A program made the translations under genes and the position numbers. Below the pieces are notes generated by a model. It did no database searches and had not been told where the DNA came from. It saw nothing but the letters and a program-made list of their open reading frames with translations. Of a stretch of DNA of 64,000 nucleotides, positions 63,801 through 64,000 are shown one piece after another. Every line of letters starts with the position of its first letter. Position 1 is the stretch's first letter. The DNA comes from Pecten maximus (lineage: Eukaryota), in the NCBI RefSeq assembly GCF_902652985.1, contig NC_047023.1:28396001-28460000 (forward strand), written 5' to 3'.

Positions 63801-64000
63801 AAATTTTCATTTAAAACAATAGAATTAAATTTCAATAAATTCAAAGTTTGTGATCTGGTCATAAGAGAATATTTATTATTGCTCCCGATATTGAATTACA
63901 GAGTGTTTAACATGTGACTGTTGATACAATATACCACAACTGGTAAAAAAAATTATGATTTTGAAAATGACCTTGAATGATTGGAGGTTGCCATGTCAAC

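Overview
AT-rich, intron-rich animal genomic DNA, most likely a bivalve mollusc judging by its repeat families. Five protein-coding genes can be assembled by hand from splice sites and reading phase: LRRC61 (minus strand, runs off the left edge); HAUS6 (plus, 17 coding exons, about 1219 aa, head-to-head with LRRC61); SSR2/TRAP-beta (minus, 185 aa, with a U12-type minor intron); an uncharacterised type I membrane protein (plus, about 732 aa: signal peptide, two beta-rich repeats, a Thr-rich collagen stalk, calcium-binding EGF domains, TM helix); and the 5' part of an ADAMTSL5-like gene (plus). Repeats include an intact CR1-group LINE with a 2A-like DIESNPGP motif and an 8-bp TSD, several Helentron-associated (HINE-like) elements, MITEs, SINE remnants and many minisatellites. 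Two minisatellites appear to be amplified copies of real splice junctions. A 1082-bp near-perfect duplication shows both the filled and the empty site of a satellite-bearing HINE. There is an assembly gap at 52872-53022. No CRISPR, rRNA or intact tRNA was found. All gene and element identities come from recalled motifs, not database searches.
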